Shown piece by piece: positions 1 to 12,232 of a DNA stretch of 64,000 bases (the first letter of the stretch is position 1; each line of letters starts with the position of its first letter). The notes under the pieces are model-generated. The model made no database searches, had not been told where the DNA came from, and saw only the letters and a list, made by a program, of their open reading frames with translations. Origin of the DNA: Somniosus microcephalus (lineage: Eukaryota). The position numbers were made by a program, and so were the translations under genes. Location: the NCBI GenBank assembly GCA_052327205.1, contig CM126213.1:25172001-25236000 (forward strand). Direction: 5' to 3'.

Positions 1-1250
1 TCCATGTACACCACGTCAACCGCATTACTCTCATCAACCCTCTGTTACCGCATCAAAAAACTCGATCAAGTTAGCTAAGCACGATTTGCCTTTAACAAAT
101 CTGTGCTAGCTTTCCTTAATCAATCCACGCTTGTCCAAGTGACTGTTAACTTTGTCCCTGATTATCATTTCTAAAAGCTTCCCCACTGCCGAGGTTAAGC
201 TGACTGGCCTGTAATTGCTGGGTTTATCCTTGCACCCTTTTTTGAACAAGGGTGTAACATTTGTAGTTCTCCAGTCCTCTGGCACCACCCCTGTATCTAA
301 GGAGGATTGGAAGATTATGGCCAGTAACTCTGCAATTTCCACCTTTACTTCCTTCAGCACCCTAGGATGCATCCCATCCGGTCCTGGTGACTTATCTACT
401 TTAAGTACAGCCAGCTTTTCTAGTACCCAGAGAGTGGTGAGCCTGTGGAATTCTCTGCCACAGAGGGCAGTGGAGGCCAGTTCTTTAAATATATTCAAGA
501 AAGAGTTGGATATGTTTCTTGAGGCTGAAGGGATCAAGGGATATGGGAAAAAGGCGGGGACAGGGTACTGAGTTTGGATGATCAGCCATGATCACATTGA
601 ATGGCGGAGCAGGCTCGAAGGGCCAAATGGCCTACTCCTCCTATCTTCTATGTTACCTCCTCTATCAATTTTTATCCCATCCAGTATCTCCACTAACTCC
701 TCTTTCACCGACTTTGACTGCATCTTCTTCCTTGGTAAAGACAGATGCAGGGTACTCATTTAGTACCTCAGCCATACCCTCTGCCTCCATGCATACCTCC
801 TGCAGCGCACCAACCTTATTTATCAGGCTTCGTGCATTTACACACATGCACTGTAAACCTCTCTTAGACCTTGTATTCTCTCTTGGCCTGACCCCACCCA
901 ATACCATACTATTTCTTACTCTAGTGCTAGCTGTCTCTCCCAATCTTTTGTGCACTTTGTTTCTTCCATCTAATGGTACATCCTGGTGCCTGTACCCCTG
1001 CCAAATTAGTTTAAACCCTCCCTAACAGCACTAGCAAACCCCCCCCCCCCCCCCCCCCAAAACGCGGATATTGGCCCCAGCTCTGTTGAGGTGCAACCCG
1101 TCCGGCCTGTACAGATCCTACCGGTCCCAATGTCCCAGGAATCGAAAGCCCTCCCTCCTGCACTGTCTCTCCAGCCACGCATTCATCTGCTCTATCCTCC
1201 TATTTCGATAACTCACTAGCTCGTGGCACCGGAGGAGATTACTACCTTTT
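1..1250 (-). mobile_element. CR1-type LINE remnant (ORF1 SGNH-esterase end, start of ORF2 endonuclease, RT-proximal ORF2), internally deleted and interrupted by another CR1 at 425-654
   Basis: Minus-strand translation gives KSPGPDGMHPRVLKE...PEDWR...NYRPVSLTS (CR1 ORF2), CMCVNARSLINKV (APE endonuclease start) and, at ~1000-1250, the ORF1 esterase region (LYRPDGLHLNRAG). Confidence 0.85.
425..654 (+). mobile_element. CR1 LINE 3' end nested in opposite orientation inside the older CR1
   Basis: TQRVVSLWNSLPQRAVEA...GIKGYG ORF2 C-terminus followed by a CR1-type 3' UTR ending ttctatgtt; the host CR1 resumes after a 'tacc' junction repeat. Confidence 0.8.
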
Positions 1251-1321
1251 GAGGTAGTATTTTGTTATAAAAGGGGGGAAAAACGTACAGTTTTCTCAAA
1301 CTGAAGCCCATCACCTCTTAG

Positions 1322-1483
<162 letters not shown>

Positions 1484-1744
1484 TAGACCAGAAATAAAGC
1501 TGAACCAATGCAGAGAAGAATATATTGCACGGGTGTAGACAGTGAAAACCTTGAAATAAATGCAGAATAATGGATGGGTATGAACTGCAAGGTTGTATTT
1601 CATTTTGTCGAGCAGTTTGCGAGCACCTGAGCTCCAAGATTGCATTAGCTTTCCAGTCCCCAATGTCATTTTATATAACGCAAACTATTTGTGTTTTTTC
1701 ACAGTCACAACTTGTGGGGCTCCCTGAAGCCTCAGCTGCTCGGA

Positions 1745-2060
1745 CAGCGAGTTGTTGAGCCATGTAAACGGGCGGCTCCCAGGTTCAATCAAGCTGTGCT
1801 ATGTTAGTAAATCCTGGTCAAATTGGTCATGGAGGCACACCAGTTAGCCTGGCCACCTGTAAATTAGAGAAAGAGAAATCAGCCAGCAATCCTGCTTCTG
1901 AGAATTCTGCTGGAAGTGGATGCATGGATATTGGGTGAGAGCGAGTTCTAGCTTGGAGATGACCCCCCCCTCCCCTCAATGCGATTGAATGCTGTGTCTA
2001 GGTTCATTTATGAAGAAATAGCCATTTAAGAGTAGACTCTGGAGGGGGTGACTGCCCCTG
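1745..2060 (+). mobile_element. Degenerate tRNA-derived SINE, family unassigned (related copies ~43195-43560 +, ~58330-58610 -, ~62130-62350 +)
   Basis: B-box-like cccaggttcaatc and shared body motifs (aatcagccag / aatcggccagg, ctgctggaag) recur in several copies in the window. Confidence 0.5.
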
Positions 2061-2304
2061 AAAAAGGTGGCGAAACAACTTCTGTATCTTACTGCTCCTG
2101 GAAAATTGCTGTGATGTTGCCTCTAGAGTGTTGTTTGGGTTGATTCAGCAGTATTACCGCTGGTGATTTTCAGCCGATTACTGATTCTGTACCCAGTACG
2201 TATTAATGGAAATATTCTGTAGGTATTAAAAAAATTCCAGAAGCGATGTATTCCTCCTTCCTTCAGTAATTTACTTGGCACAGTTGGGGGCACATACTCC
2301 AATA

Positions 2305-2392
2305 CAAACTGAAAATGTGTGGAAATATGTAACGGGTCCATCAGCAGCTGGAGTGGGAACATTTCGGGCAAGAGAGAGTCTTCATCAGAACC
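2305..2392 (-). mobile_element. Penelope-like terminal-repeat remnant with decayed hammerhead-like core
   Basis: Minus strand reads ggtt-CTGATGA-agactctctcttgccc-GAAAT-GTT; similar to 24612-24724 and 35050-35180. Confidence 0.5.
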
Positions 2393-2994
2393 AATAATTT
2401 TCTATTACTATTTTCGCAATCTTATCTTTGTTTCACCAAATATTTTGTTTGTGCTTTCTTAAGATGGGCTGAGATTTGTAGAAATAATTGTACATTTTCA
2501 CACTTGAGGCAAGACAATTGAATTATTAACTGATGTAAGCATGATCTAAAATGTTAAACTCAAAGCTAAATAAATCTCATTGCTTAACCTGTGATGAATA
2601 GTGACTGTTCGTCACTTATTGAACCAGTTCACTTACATTGTCACCCTTTCCTGTGACCGTGCCCTGCTCATCGATTTAACAGTGAAGTTGACATCATTGG
2701 TTTTATTTTAAGAGAAGAGGCAAAAAAAAGTAATTTGATTTTTTTTTTAAAGGAATTTTAATAAAGTACCAGTGTCTATGAAAGGCAGCATGTTAGAACA
2801 TAAGAACGGGGTTAAGTTAATTTAAAAGGTGATTGTGAACCTAATGGGTTGGAAATATGTTAATTATTTCATGGAGGAATAGGGGAATTTGAATTGTGGT
2901 TCATGGCCATATTTCTGATGAGCATTTACATCACTTCAGCAATTTTACATTAGCTAAGAGAGTTCCCGTCTGTTTTGTTCCTTGTTTTTTTTTT

Positions 2995-3090
2995 TAAACT
3001 CATTCTCAGGATGTGGGCATCACTGGCAAGGCTGGCATTTATTGCCCATCCCTAGTTGTCCTTGAGAAGGTGGGCCGCCGCCTTCAACCT
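2995..3090 (-). mobile_element. 3' end of a CR1/L2-group LINE (same tail at 18840-19015 +, 36195-36400 -, 41785-41925 -)
   Basis: Recurrent tail ...tctcaagggcaattagggatg(g/a)gcaataaat...cccacatcc; the 18840 copy encodes the ORF2 end ...HHCLKGN*. Confidence 0.65.
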
Positions 3091-3811
3091 AAGCTGAACC
3101 GTTAATAGTGAAGATACGCTGTTAGTCTTCATGATGCAGTGGGACCACAATTATCCACAAGTTGTGGTTAGCAATATGGTGAGGAGGAACTTCTTTAAAA
3201 TGAAGTGGATATTCATTTAAATTTTAAAAAGCGCTCATCCTTTCAGAACTGGTTTCAGCTGCCATGCCACTGATCTATAGCCTCGCATTCGAGAAACCAG
3301 TAGGGTTTGGGTCTTGCTATTACACAGTCAAATGCTGAGAACAGCAAAACTGGCAATCTTCCAAAGGGAAGCTGATTGTTTTGTGCTTGATCAGCTGGAT
3401 TGCTCCTCAATGTTCTTGTTGATCAGTATTGTAGCCCAAAGGAATTTGTGCTCCTTTTTCAATGCCGTACTACAGGGCAGTTTATTTATTACCTCAAGCA
3501 CCATTGTATACTCAAGTTTGATGCTTTACAAAATGTTTTAAAGCAAAACAAGTGCTCCACACTTAAATGAGCATGCTGATTAGTTGGTTAGATAAGAGCA
3601 TCGGCCAGTTGTGGGGTTTGCTTTCATTATGGTGGATAATTGGCATTCCACTGTTATGGTAAAGATGGCAGCAGATGTATGGAAGGGGAGGGGAAAGTGT
3701 TCGTGGACAAATGCTCAAATGCAATTGAAGGTGTAGATTATATTACAAGCCTCAGCATTTAATGGTGAACTGCAGTACGGCCAGTATATTGTACGACTAC
3801 CTAAGGAAGTA

Positions 3812-4147
3812 CAGGAAACTTTGTTATATCCGGCACCGACGGGACCGAGCTGTTGCCGATCTATCAAAACTGCCAGACATACAAAGTTAATGTTGAAGCA
3901 TATGGAGTTTTTCATCTCCGTATCTGACAACAAACACTGTTGCTTAGCAACAGCGTCAAACAGTCGGCCCGTACCTTGGAAGCGTCTCTGTAGCTTAGCA
4001 ACAGCTTCAGAGACTTTCCAAAGCCTGACTGTTGGGGGGGGAAAAAAAGCCACGAGAAGAAAAACAACCTAACAGAACGGCTCCTGATTTCTGCCGGTAG
4101 ATCGAGGTTTCCGGACATACAACCTCCGGATAAACCAAAGTCTCCTG
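3812..4147. mobile_element. Tc1/mariner-pogo (Tigger-like) MITE
   Basis: TA at 3810-3811 and 4148-4149; 22-bp TIRs CAGGAAACTTTGTTATATCCGG / rc CAGGAGACTTTGGTTTATCCGG (3 mismatches); non-coding interior. Confidence 0.8.
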
Positions 4148-4149
4148 TA

Positions 4150-4460
4150 GATGGAGAGAAACTATTTCTGCTGGTTGGGGAGTCTAGGACTAGGCATAGT
4201 CTTAAAAATTAAGAGCCAGGCCTTTCAGGAGTGAAGTTAGGAACAGATCTCATGCAAAGGTGGTAGAAGTTTGGAACTCTCTTCCACAAACGACAATTAA
4301 TTTTAAGTCTGAAATTGATAGATTTTTGTTAACCAAAGGTATTAAGGGATGTGGGCCAAAGCTGGGTATATGGAGTTAGGTCGCAGATCAGCCATGATCT
4401 CATTGAATGGCAGAACCAGCTCGAGGGGCTCGATGGCCTACTCCTGTTCTTATGTTCCTA
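4150..4460 (+). mobile_element. CR1 LINE 3' fragment
   Basis: ORF2 C-terminal remnant (gtggtagaagtttggaactctcttcc) plus 3' UTR ...gatggcctactcctgttcttatgttcc. Confidence 0.75.
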
Positions 4461-5774
4461 AGGAAGTCATCTTATTTCAAAGACTTTCCTCACTTGTACA
4501 AGTGCAGTGGGCAGAATACTCAGAGTATTCTGCTTATTTTATCACATGCTCTTTCACACTGGATGGATGAAGAATCAAAACTTGTAGCAGTTAAAAATGG
4601 TAACGCAAGATAATAGTATCATTGATTTATTAAAAAATTAGATTATTAGCCATGAATGGGACGGATTCTCCAAAAATGAGACAGTTGAAACCCATTCTTG
4701 CTTAATTGCCTCCACATAATCGCTGGCCTGTAACATAGATACCCTGGCCATAAAGGAATCCTCAGCCAACACCTTTTTTGCTTTAATTGGGAAATACTTA
4801 GTCGTATTTCAGTTATTTTCACCGTGCTCCCTAATCTTTGAATATGGGTATAATCCCATGCCTGTCGCAGAAGGCACGGATTGTTGATGGGGCTGCTTGC
4901 AGCCAAAAGAAAATTGAACCAAAATGGAATAAAACTTCCCCCACCAATTGCATGGCACAAAGATACACCCACGATCTGCAAGACTATTCTCTGATCTCTG
5001 GATTCCAATAACTTACAACAGCACAAGTCTCGACGTTGCTGCCTTGTCAGTCATGTGCCTTCGTGTGTTAATGCTCCCCTGAGTTGTGCCGTTTTAGTTC
5101 AGGTACTAGTTGCTAACTTTGCCACAACAGCAGAGATTTTCCCTCTTTTATGTAATCGACACTATTCTGTACTGAATTTGACCCGGTACCCACTGCTCGA
5201 TTCAGCATCAACATCTTTTTACATGGGATATACGGCACAGAAACAACTGGTCCATGTTGGCATCTTGTAATATTCGTCGCCATTTTAGCCTCAGCTTTTA
5301 AAACGAGCCAAGGTGGCTAAGTTGCTTTCACCTCTAGAACCAGACTTGGATAAAAGTGACAGCCTGCCTGGGCAGGTTATTACGTGAAATTAATTTGGGC
5401 ATTCTCAATCCAGTTCCTCGTGGGTAAACGCCCACAGCACAAAAGTGCCCCAATTTGGCATCAATCGGAAATCTCGCTCGGAAATGGAAAGTGTAGCACT
5501 GGTGCAGTCGGAGTACTGAAGCACATTGGGCCAGAGTAGAGGGAACTTTATTCTGCATCTAACCATCCTTGTACTTGACCTAGCAGTTCTTGAAGCTGAC
5601 GAGGTGCTTGAAACAGGAAATGGAAGTGTTCTCGGTCCCAGCATTGACATCTTTCATCCTGATGAACAAAAAAATTTAATTTAACAAAACAAATTCAAGA
5701 TGCACATTGTCGGGGTTATTCTATTTGCCAGTGCTATCTACCACTGCCTGTGCTTGAGTGTTCTCGCTCACTTA

Positions 5775-6015
5775 AGTTCTCCTGGTGTCCTAGCCAATAT
5801 TTATCCCTCAACCAACATCACTAAAACTGATTAGCTGATCATTATTTCACTACTGTTTGTGGGCTCTTGCTGTGTGCAAATTGACTGTCGTGTTTCCCTA
5901 CAAGTGTCGTGTTCCCTACAAGTGACTACATTTCAAAAGTACTACATTGGCTGTAAAGCGCTGTGGGATGTCCTGAGGTCGTGAAAGGCGCTATATAAAT
6001 GCAAGTCCTTTTTGT
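5775..6015 (+). mobile_element. SacSINE1-like Deu-SINE, 5'-truncated
   Basis: ggtgtcctagccaatatttatccctcaacc...gtgaaaggcgctatataaatgcaagt matches the reverse complement of 11787-12030; contains an ~18-bp tandem duplication at ~5887-5923. Confidence 0.75.
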
Positions 6016-7713
6016 TTCCTTTTAACACTATGGCTGAAAAGAGTAGGATAGCAAGATCGAGTGAATCGAATCGTGATTAGGCGATGCCAAGTTTGGGTTT
6101 CTATAGGATGAAATGGGGACAGCAGATTTGACTAGGTCGCTCTGGCCAAGCCTCCTTTGCTGCTTTGATTGCACAAGGAAGTGATGATATTGTGCTAAGT
6201 GTGTACCACCCTTTCACTCGGGATATTCCCACTATATACTGAATAGAATTTCAATTTGTGCAAATGCTCACGAGAGCCTGTGATTTGATATTTGTTGTTT
6301 GGAAATTCGTGATCATCGTTTGTTAATGTGGCTCGGTAAACAGCTGGGAATTGTGTACCCAGGCTCTGTGTACAGGATTTATGATCCTGTTGCTAGCTTG
6401 TGATTTTTATATAATCATATGATACAGGTGACTCTCTTTATTTTGTTGATATCCCTTTCCCCTCGAGTGTCTCTATTGCACACCTTTCGCAACGGAAAGA
6501 ACAAGCTCGAAACCACCGTCAAGACCCTCTGTCAATACTACTGTATAGCCAGCTAGTAGAAGGTATACGTGAGCTTCCCCGCATATTTGTTTTTCTCATG
6601 GAAAGCATCTAGCTGCTCACCAGTTTGTAATGGGTTACATCACCCTGCTGCTTTGTATTTGTAACATACAATAAATTGTCCTTAAAAGAAAAACCCATAC
6701 AAAGTGGAAACTTATTAGATGGCAGGTGGGGTAGTTGTCAATGTTTCGGTCAACTGTAGCACCAACAGCATTATTACATGGCTCTGTTATACTAATCACA
6801 TCGCACACTTGGTATGAATATAACGGAACGAGAAAAAATCTGGCGAATAGAAACAGCAGAGGGAAGGGTATACACAGCTAACTCGATGGCTGCAGCTAAA
6901 TCTGAGGAATAATTCTATGTAGGAGGTTGGGGACAGCTGATTATTGCAATATGATAATATAGTCAAGGAATCTTTGCTTTGCTGTCCTTTTCCTTTTATC
7001 CTCCTCTTGTAGTTCCTGTCTGCCATCAGTGGATAGGGGCTTCCTTCTTAATCCAAAAACATCCCATCAGCCCAAATCTCTTCCTTTTCCTTCCAGTCTC
7101 ATCGCCAGATTCCCTTTCTCCTGCTTGGTCCATGAAAGAAATAAACTGGAAAGTCAGACCTCCTTTTCCTTTTTTTTTTAAACTTCCCTGCACCCTTCTG
7201 ATGTGTAGACTAATTAATTGATGGAGATTGATTGCCATGGTTAGTCAACAACTCCATTTTTGTTTCCATGCGACTACCAGGTTGGTAGAGGGCGAACTAG
7301 ATGGACCTTGGTCTCTTCGTCTAGCAATTCCTATGTTCCCATGTGAGAAGAGGGTCATACAGCAATAAGCACCATTGGGTGAAGTATGGAGTCAATACAG
7401 AGTTTCTTCTTTAAGTTGATCTAAGTCGTCATGGTACAAGATCAGATACAAGGGGATTCAAGAAAGACCTCGCACTCTCCAAGGCATATACACTCCACAG
7501 GGTTAGAGTAATGCTGCATTTGCTCCCCACCAACCACCACTACTTGCACAAATCCCTGTTCTCGGGCAAGTAATACACAAGCAAAATCAAATGAAGTGCC
7601 GCAAATTTCAATAAAATTGTAAGCTAATAGCAGGCTGTATAAATGCCGTGCTTAACTACACAGTGCTATCAAGGAATTGTTAGTAACTAGCTAAATCTGA
7701 ATGAACAACGTGA

Positions 7714-7925
7714 TCAACATAGGAAGAGGAGTAGGCCATTCAGCCCCTCGAGCCTCTTCAGCCATTCAGTTAGATCATGGCTGATCTGTATCTTTACTCC
7801 ATTTACCTGCCTTGGTTCCATAACCCTTAATACCCTTGCCGAACAGAAATCGATCAATCTCCGTTTTGAAATTTTCAATTGACCCCAGCCTCTGCAATTT
7901 GGGGAAGAGTTTTCCAGATTTCCAA
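7714..7925 (-). mobile_element. CR1 LINE 3' fragment
   Basis: Reverse complement of the CR1 3' UTR/ORF2 end, similar to 31455-31682. Confidence 0.7.
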
Positions 7926-8246
7926 TACCCTGGAATGATCTTCCAGATATCGTAGTGGAGGCAAAAACACTGGAATCATTTAAGAAACATGTTACTGGGA
8001 GCACTACTGTGGGTTCTTTCTGGAGAAGCTACGATTTGGCTGAATGGCTTTACCTACCAATATTGAACTAAGGTTATGCTCAAATTCTCCTTTTTTTATT
8101 CTTTGAATTTGACTCGACATTTTAAGGTAACAATGAGGAGTTTTTCTGTGGGCAGCTGGCCATGGCTGAAAGTGCGAGCCAGTTTATCAGTGGATGTTTG
8201 TGTAATACCAACTGCATAGTCCTTACAATGCTTGTTTTATTTCCAG

Positions 8247-8352
8247 ATATGCAGAGCTTGGATAAATTGCTGAAAGACGCTATTGTACACGGGCAGCCTC
8301 GGACTCGCAGACCGTGGAAAAAGATTCTCATCGTGGTAGAGGGGATTTACAG
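8247..8352 (+). CDS. SPTLC2: SPTLC2 internal coding exon (106 nt; (N)[34 protein letters not shown](S))
   Basis: tttatttccAG acceptor ending 8246, GTACAA donor at 8353; phase 1 to phase 2; conserved peptide lies within ORF 8162..8383. Confidence 0.95.
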
Positions 8353-8607
8353 GTACAAACACAAGTTACATATTCCAACCTGAATAAGTCATTGTGTGCT
8401 TTGCAGCGTGTTCGCCAAGCTGGCTAGTGAAATGCTGGAACGATGCCTTGCATTCGCTGCCTTGCACATTTCATGTTCCACTGCCTTGTGTACAGCCAGA
8501 CTGTGCCCATGTCACCAAATCTTGCAATTGCAGAGCTGCCGTTTAAAAAATGCCATCTTCCTCCCCAGTCGTGTGCTGAGATCACCTGTTCCAGGTGACA
8601 CTTAGAT

Positions 8608-8965
8608 CAACAACAACTTGTATTTATATAGCGCCTTTAACGTAGTAAAACGACCCTTCATGGGAGCGTTATTAAACAAAATTTGACACCGAGCCGCATG
8701 AGATATTGGGAAAGCGCTTGGTCAAAGAGGTAGGTTTTAAGGCGTGTCTTAAAGGAGGTAGCGAGGCGGAGAGGTTTACTGAGGGAACTCCAGAGTTTAG
8801 AGCTGAGGCAGCTGAAAGCACGGCCGCCAATGGTGGAGCGATTAAAATCGGGGAATGCGCAAGAGGCCAGAATTGGAGGAGCGCAGAGATCTCGGAGGGT
8901 TGTAAGGCTGGAGGAGGTTAGGCCATGAAAGGATTTGGAAGTGAGGATGATAATTTTAAAATCCT
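8608..8965 (-). mobile_element. L2 LINE 3' end
   Basis: Reverse complement of tail ...aaaggcgctatataaatacaagttgttgttg; similar to + copies at 9245-9515 and 48925-49330. Confidence 0.75.
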
Positions 8966-9244
8966 GATTTTAAAATCACTTTACTTGCCACCACCTTTGT
9001 GCTGACTTCCTGCATGAGAGGTGGGAGTTCAACCAAGGTAAGGGGTCAGTAACGGTTCTGGCTCTAAAATTCCCTAATGTATTTTAATTTTGGCTACATA
9101 ACGTCCAAACGTCGTCATTTGGCGCATTGATATTCTTAGCTGATTGAGCTGGAACTCTGTGCAGTTACCAGATGCAGTGTTGCTGATTATTTTAAGAGGT
9201 GAAAATTTCTGCCTCCAGCCCCCCCCCCCCCCCCCCACCAACCC

Positions 9245-9515
9245 TGGAACACTCCATTCCTCTGACTCAAGCCTATTGTGCATCCCATTCCCTTCGCCCC
9301 ACCATTGGTAGCTGTACTTTCAGTCTCGGTCGCACATTCTGGCAATACCTCTCCAGTTACCTCTCCAACTCTTTAAAGACTCTCATTTAAAATTCCACTT
9401 TTGTGACCAACCATTTTGGTCGACCCTCCTAATCTCGGTCTCCATTTTTTTTCACGCCTCTGTAAAGGACCTTGGTGTGTTCTTCTGCATTAACTGCTCT
9501 ATGTAAATACAAGTT
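9245..9515 (+). mobile_element. L2 LINE 3' end (degenerate)
   Basis: cgccccaccattggtagctgtac...ctatgtaaatacaagtt, homologous to 48925-49330. Confidence 0.6.
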
Positions 9516-9519
9516 ATAA

Positions 9520-9970
9520 GAAAAGAAGAATTAAGAGCAGCAGTAGGCCATACGGCCCCTCGAGCCTGCTCTGTCATTCAATAAGATCATGGCTAATCTT
9601 CTACCTTAACTCCACTTTCCTGCCTGGTGTCCATATCTCCTGATTCCCCTAGAGTCCAAAAATCTTTCTCTCAGCCTTGAATATACTCAACGATTCAGCA
9701 TCCATAACCTTTGGGGTAGAGAATCCTAAAGATTCACAACCCTCTGAGTGAAGAAATTCCTCCTCATCTCAGCCTTAAATGGCTGACCCCTTATCCTGAG
9801 CCTATGTCTCCTAGTTCTAGACTCTCCAGCCAGGGGAAACAACCTCTCTTCATCTACCCTGTCAATCCCCCTCAGAATCTTGCATGTTTCAATGAGATCA
9901 CCTCTCATTTTTCTAAACTCGAGAGTATCTGCTCAATCTCTCCTCATAGGACAACCCTCTCATCCCAGGA
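9520..9970 (-). mobile_element. CR1 LINE 3' fragment
   Basis: ORF 9726..9908 (-) MRGDLIETCKILRGIDRVD...RRNFFTQRVVNL. Confidence 0.85.
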
Positions 9971-11786
9971 ATAAATTGCTGCTGCTTTTTCCCCATAGGT
10001 GGGGGGGGGAATGAGAGAAGTGTGTTAATTGATTCTTTTTTCTTTAAGTTGCAAAAATTCCAGGTCGGGAGAGTACTTTTTATACTATAACAAGTATTTT
10101 GACTGCAAGATACTTTTACCTACCCTGCCCCCTTACCAACTTCCCCTCCCATGCGCACACTCTTTAATTTGCGCTAAACTAATTAGCTCCCAATGGTGTC
10201 TCTCTTTTCAGCTGACTGCCAATTTGTCTTGGCTACTATCTTCATATATAAAGATAGCTTGTTCCATCCTTTGTGGCTTCCCATTCACTGGCATCACTCT
10301 GGTAACAAGCAAATGTTGCCTCATAAGTAATTTGAACAACTCAGAATTGCGCACAGGCAGCAGTGCAGAAAAGGGCTCTGTCTAAATGAGCCAGTATATA
10401 TATGTTTTTGTGTGAATGCTTTTTTTTTAAAAAGTTAAGATGGGGAAAACAGTCATTTTATTGAAGCTACATTGTATTTATCCCTCCCTTTTTAAAATAC
10501 ACATGCTGAAAATAAGTAGTACTTTTCAAAAAGGAGTTGCTAGAAAAAGTGCAGCTCAGATCTATTAATTTAGAGTTTTTTGTTAGTATAGATGCTTGCT
10601 ATTTGCATTCAGTGCGTCTGGCTGTAAGTTTGTGACACTGGCATTAAACTGACGTATGAGTGGAAGTAGAATTTGGCAGATAATTGCTGTAAAGTTGCTG
10701 TAATAACGGTTGCAGTCCACCAGCGTGTTGACGTGTAGCTACCGTTGAGACAAAATTAAACTGTTCAAATCTCCCATGTCAGTTGCTAAGAACTCGTAGC
10801 TAGCTCCTCATCAGATCTCGCACATTCTAGAGTTTCCTCATACAATAAATAGCTTTGTTGGCAAACGGTAGCCATTTTGCTCATGACCATTTCCTGTAAA
10901 CAGCACTGATGTGTTTTGGCCGGGGCACTGGGGAAACTCCCTGCGTCCTCATGAATACTGCCGTGAAATCTTTTAACATCAGCTGGAATTACAAGAAGGG
11001 GTGTATTGGGTATCTGTCTGCATTGTGTACTGCACTGCTAAGCAGTACTCCCCAGCACTTTAACCAGCTGATTAAATCGCTGCTCAGAATGTTGGTGTTT
11101 ATATAACCAGAATGTTAACACCTTTTGATCTTCATTGGTGTCAACCCAAAACCACGTGGAATGGGGCACTGCCCAGCTGTTCAAAGTGCTCACGGGCTCT
11201 TCAATTATATGCTCAAGTCCCAGAAATAGGGTTGCAGCCTTAAACTGCAGACACCAGAAGGGCAAGAGTGCTATCAATTGAACCAAACTGACACTTTTTA
11301 TAATGAGTGGCTTACTATGAATCTAAAGCCATAATCTGGTGAGTTTGCAAAATCTCAACTAGAAACTGAAAATGGTGTAAATACATAGTAGGTTTGTCAT
11401 CATCTGAAAGGGCAAGACAGGTTAATATATCACAATGTCAGTCCTGATAAAGGAGTCCATATTGACGTGTCTTTTTGTCATAGTTTAAGAGCCTTGCGGT
11501 GGTTTTCTGCGTTCAAGGTTTTATATAAATGCAAATTATTGTTGAAGTTGCTGAAGGCCATACTTTTTACGTTGAAGTTTGGATGGCTGAGCTCTGCTCT
11601 TGGCATTTCTCTCTCTCACTCAAAATGCAGGAGAGAGAGAGATTCACTTGCAAACAAATGTGGTAGGAAAATCTAGCTTTAATATGGCCAGAAGAGGAAT
11701 TGGTCTGTAGCGACTGAGGTTTATATGAAGATGCTAACAATTGAAGCTATAATGAATTATATTTATTAGTTTGCATTTCAAGTATG

Positions 11787-12232
11787 AGAAAGAAAGACTT
11801 GCATTTATATAATGCCTTTCACGACCACCGGACGACTCAAAGCACTTTACAGCCAATGAAGTACTTTGGAAGTGTAGCCACTGTTGTAATGTGGGAAACG
11901 TGGCAGCCAATTTGTGCACAGCAAGCTCCCACAAACAGCAATGTGATAATGACCAGATAATCAGTTTTTTCTGTTATGTTGGTTGAGGAATAAATATTGG
12001 CCAGGACACCGGGGATAACTCCCCTGCTCTTCTTCAAAATAGTGCCATGGGATCTTTTAAGTCCACCTGAGAGCAGATGGGGCCTCGGTTTAACATCTCA
12101 TCCAAAAGACGGCACCTCTGACAGTGCAGCACTCCCTCAGCACTGCACTAGAATGTCAGCCTAGCTTTGTGCCTGGAGTGGGACTTGAACCCACAACCTT
12201 CTGACTCAGAGGCAAGTGTGCTCCAACTGAGC
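11787..12232 (-). mobile_element. Near full-length SacSINE1-like Deu-SINE (tRNA head, Deu domain, L2-like tail)
   Basis: Minus strand: A box gctcagttgg, B box gggttcaagtccc, Deu-like core (gtgcagtgctgagggagtgctgcactgtc...aaaagatcccatggcactattt) and tail ...tatataaatgcaagtctttc. Other copies at ~10860-11290, 36760-37000, 43860-44290, 47030-47470, 49675-49860 (all -) and 58900-59165 (+). Confidence 0.8.
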
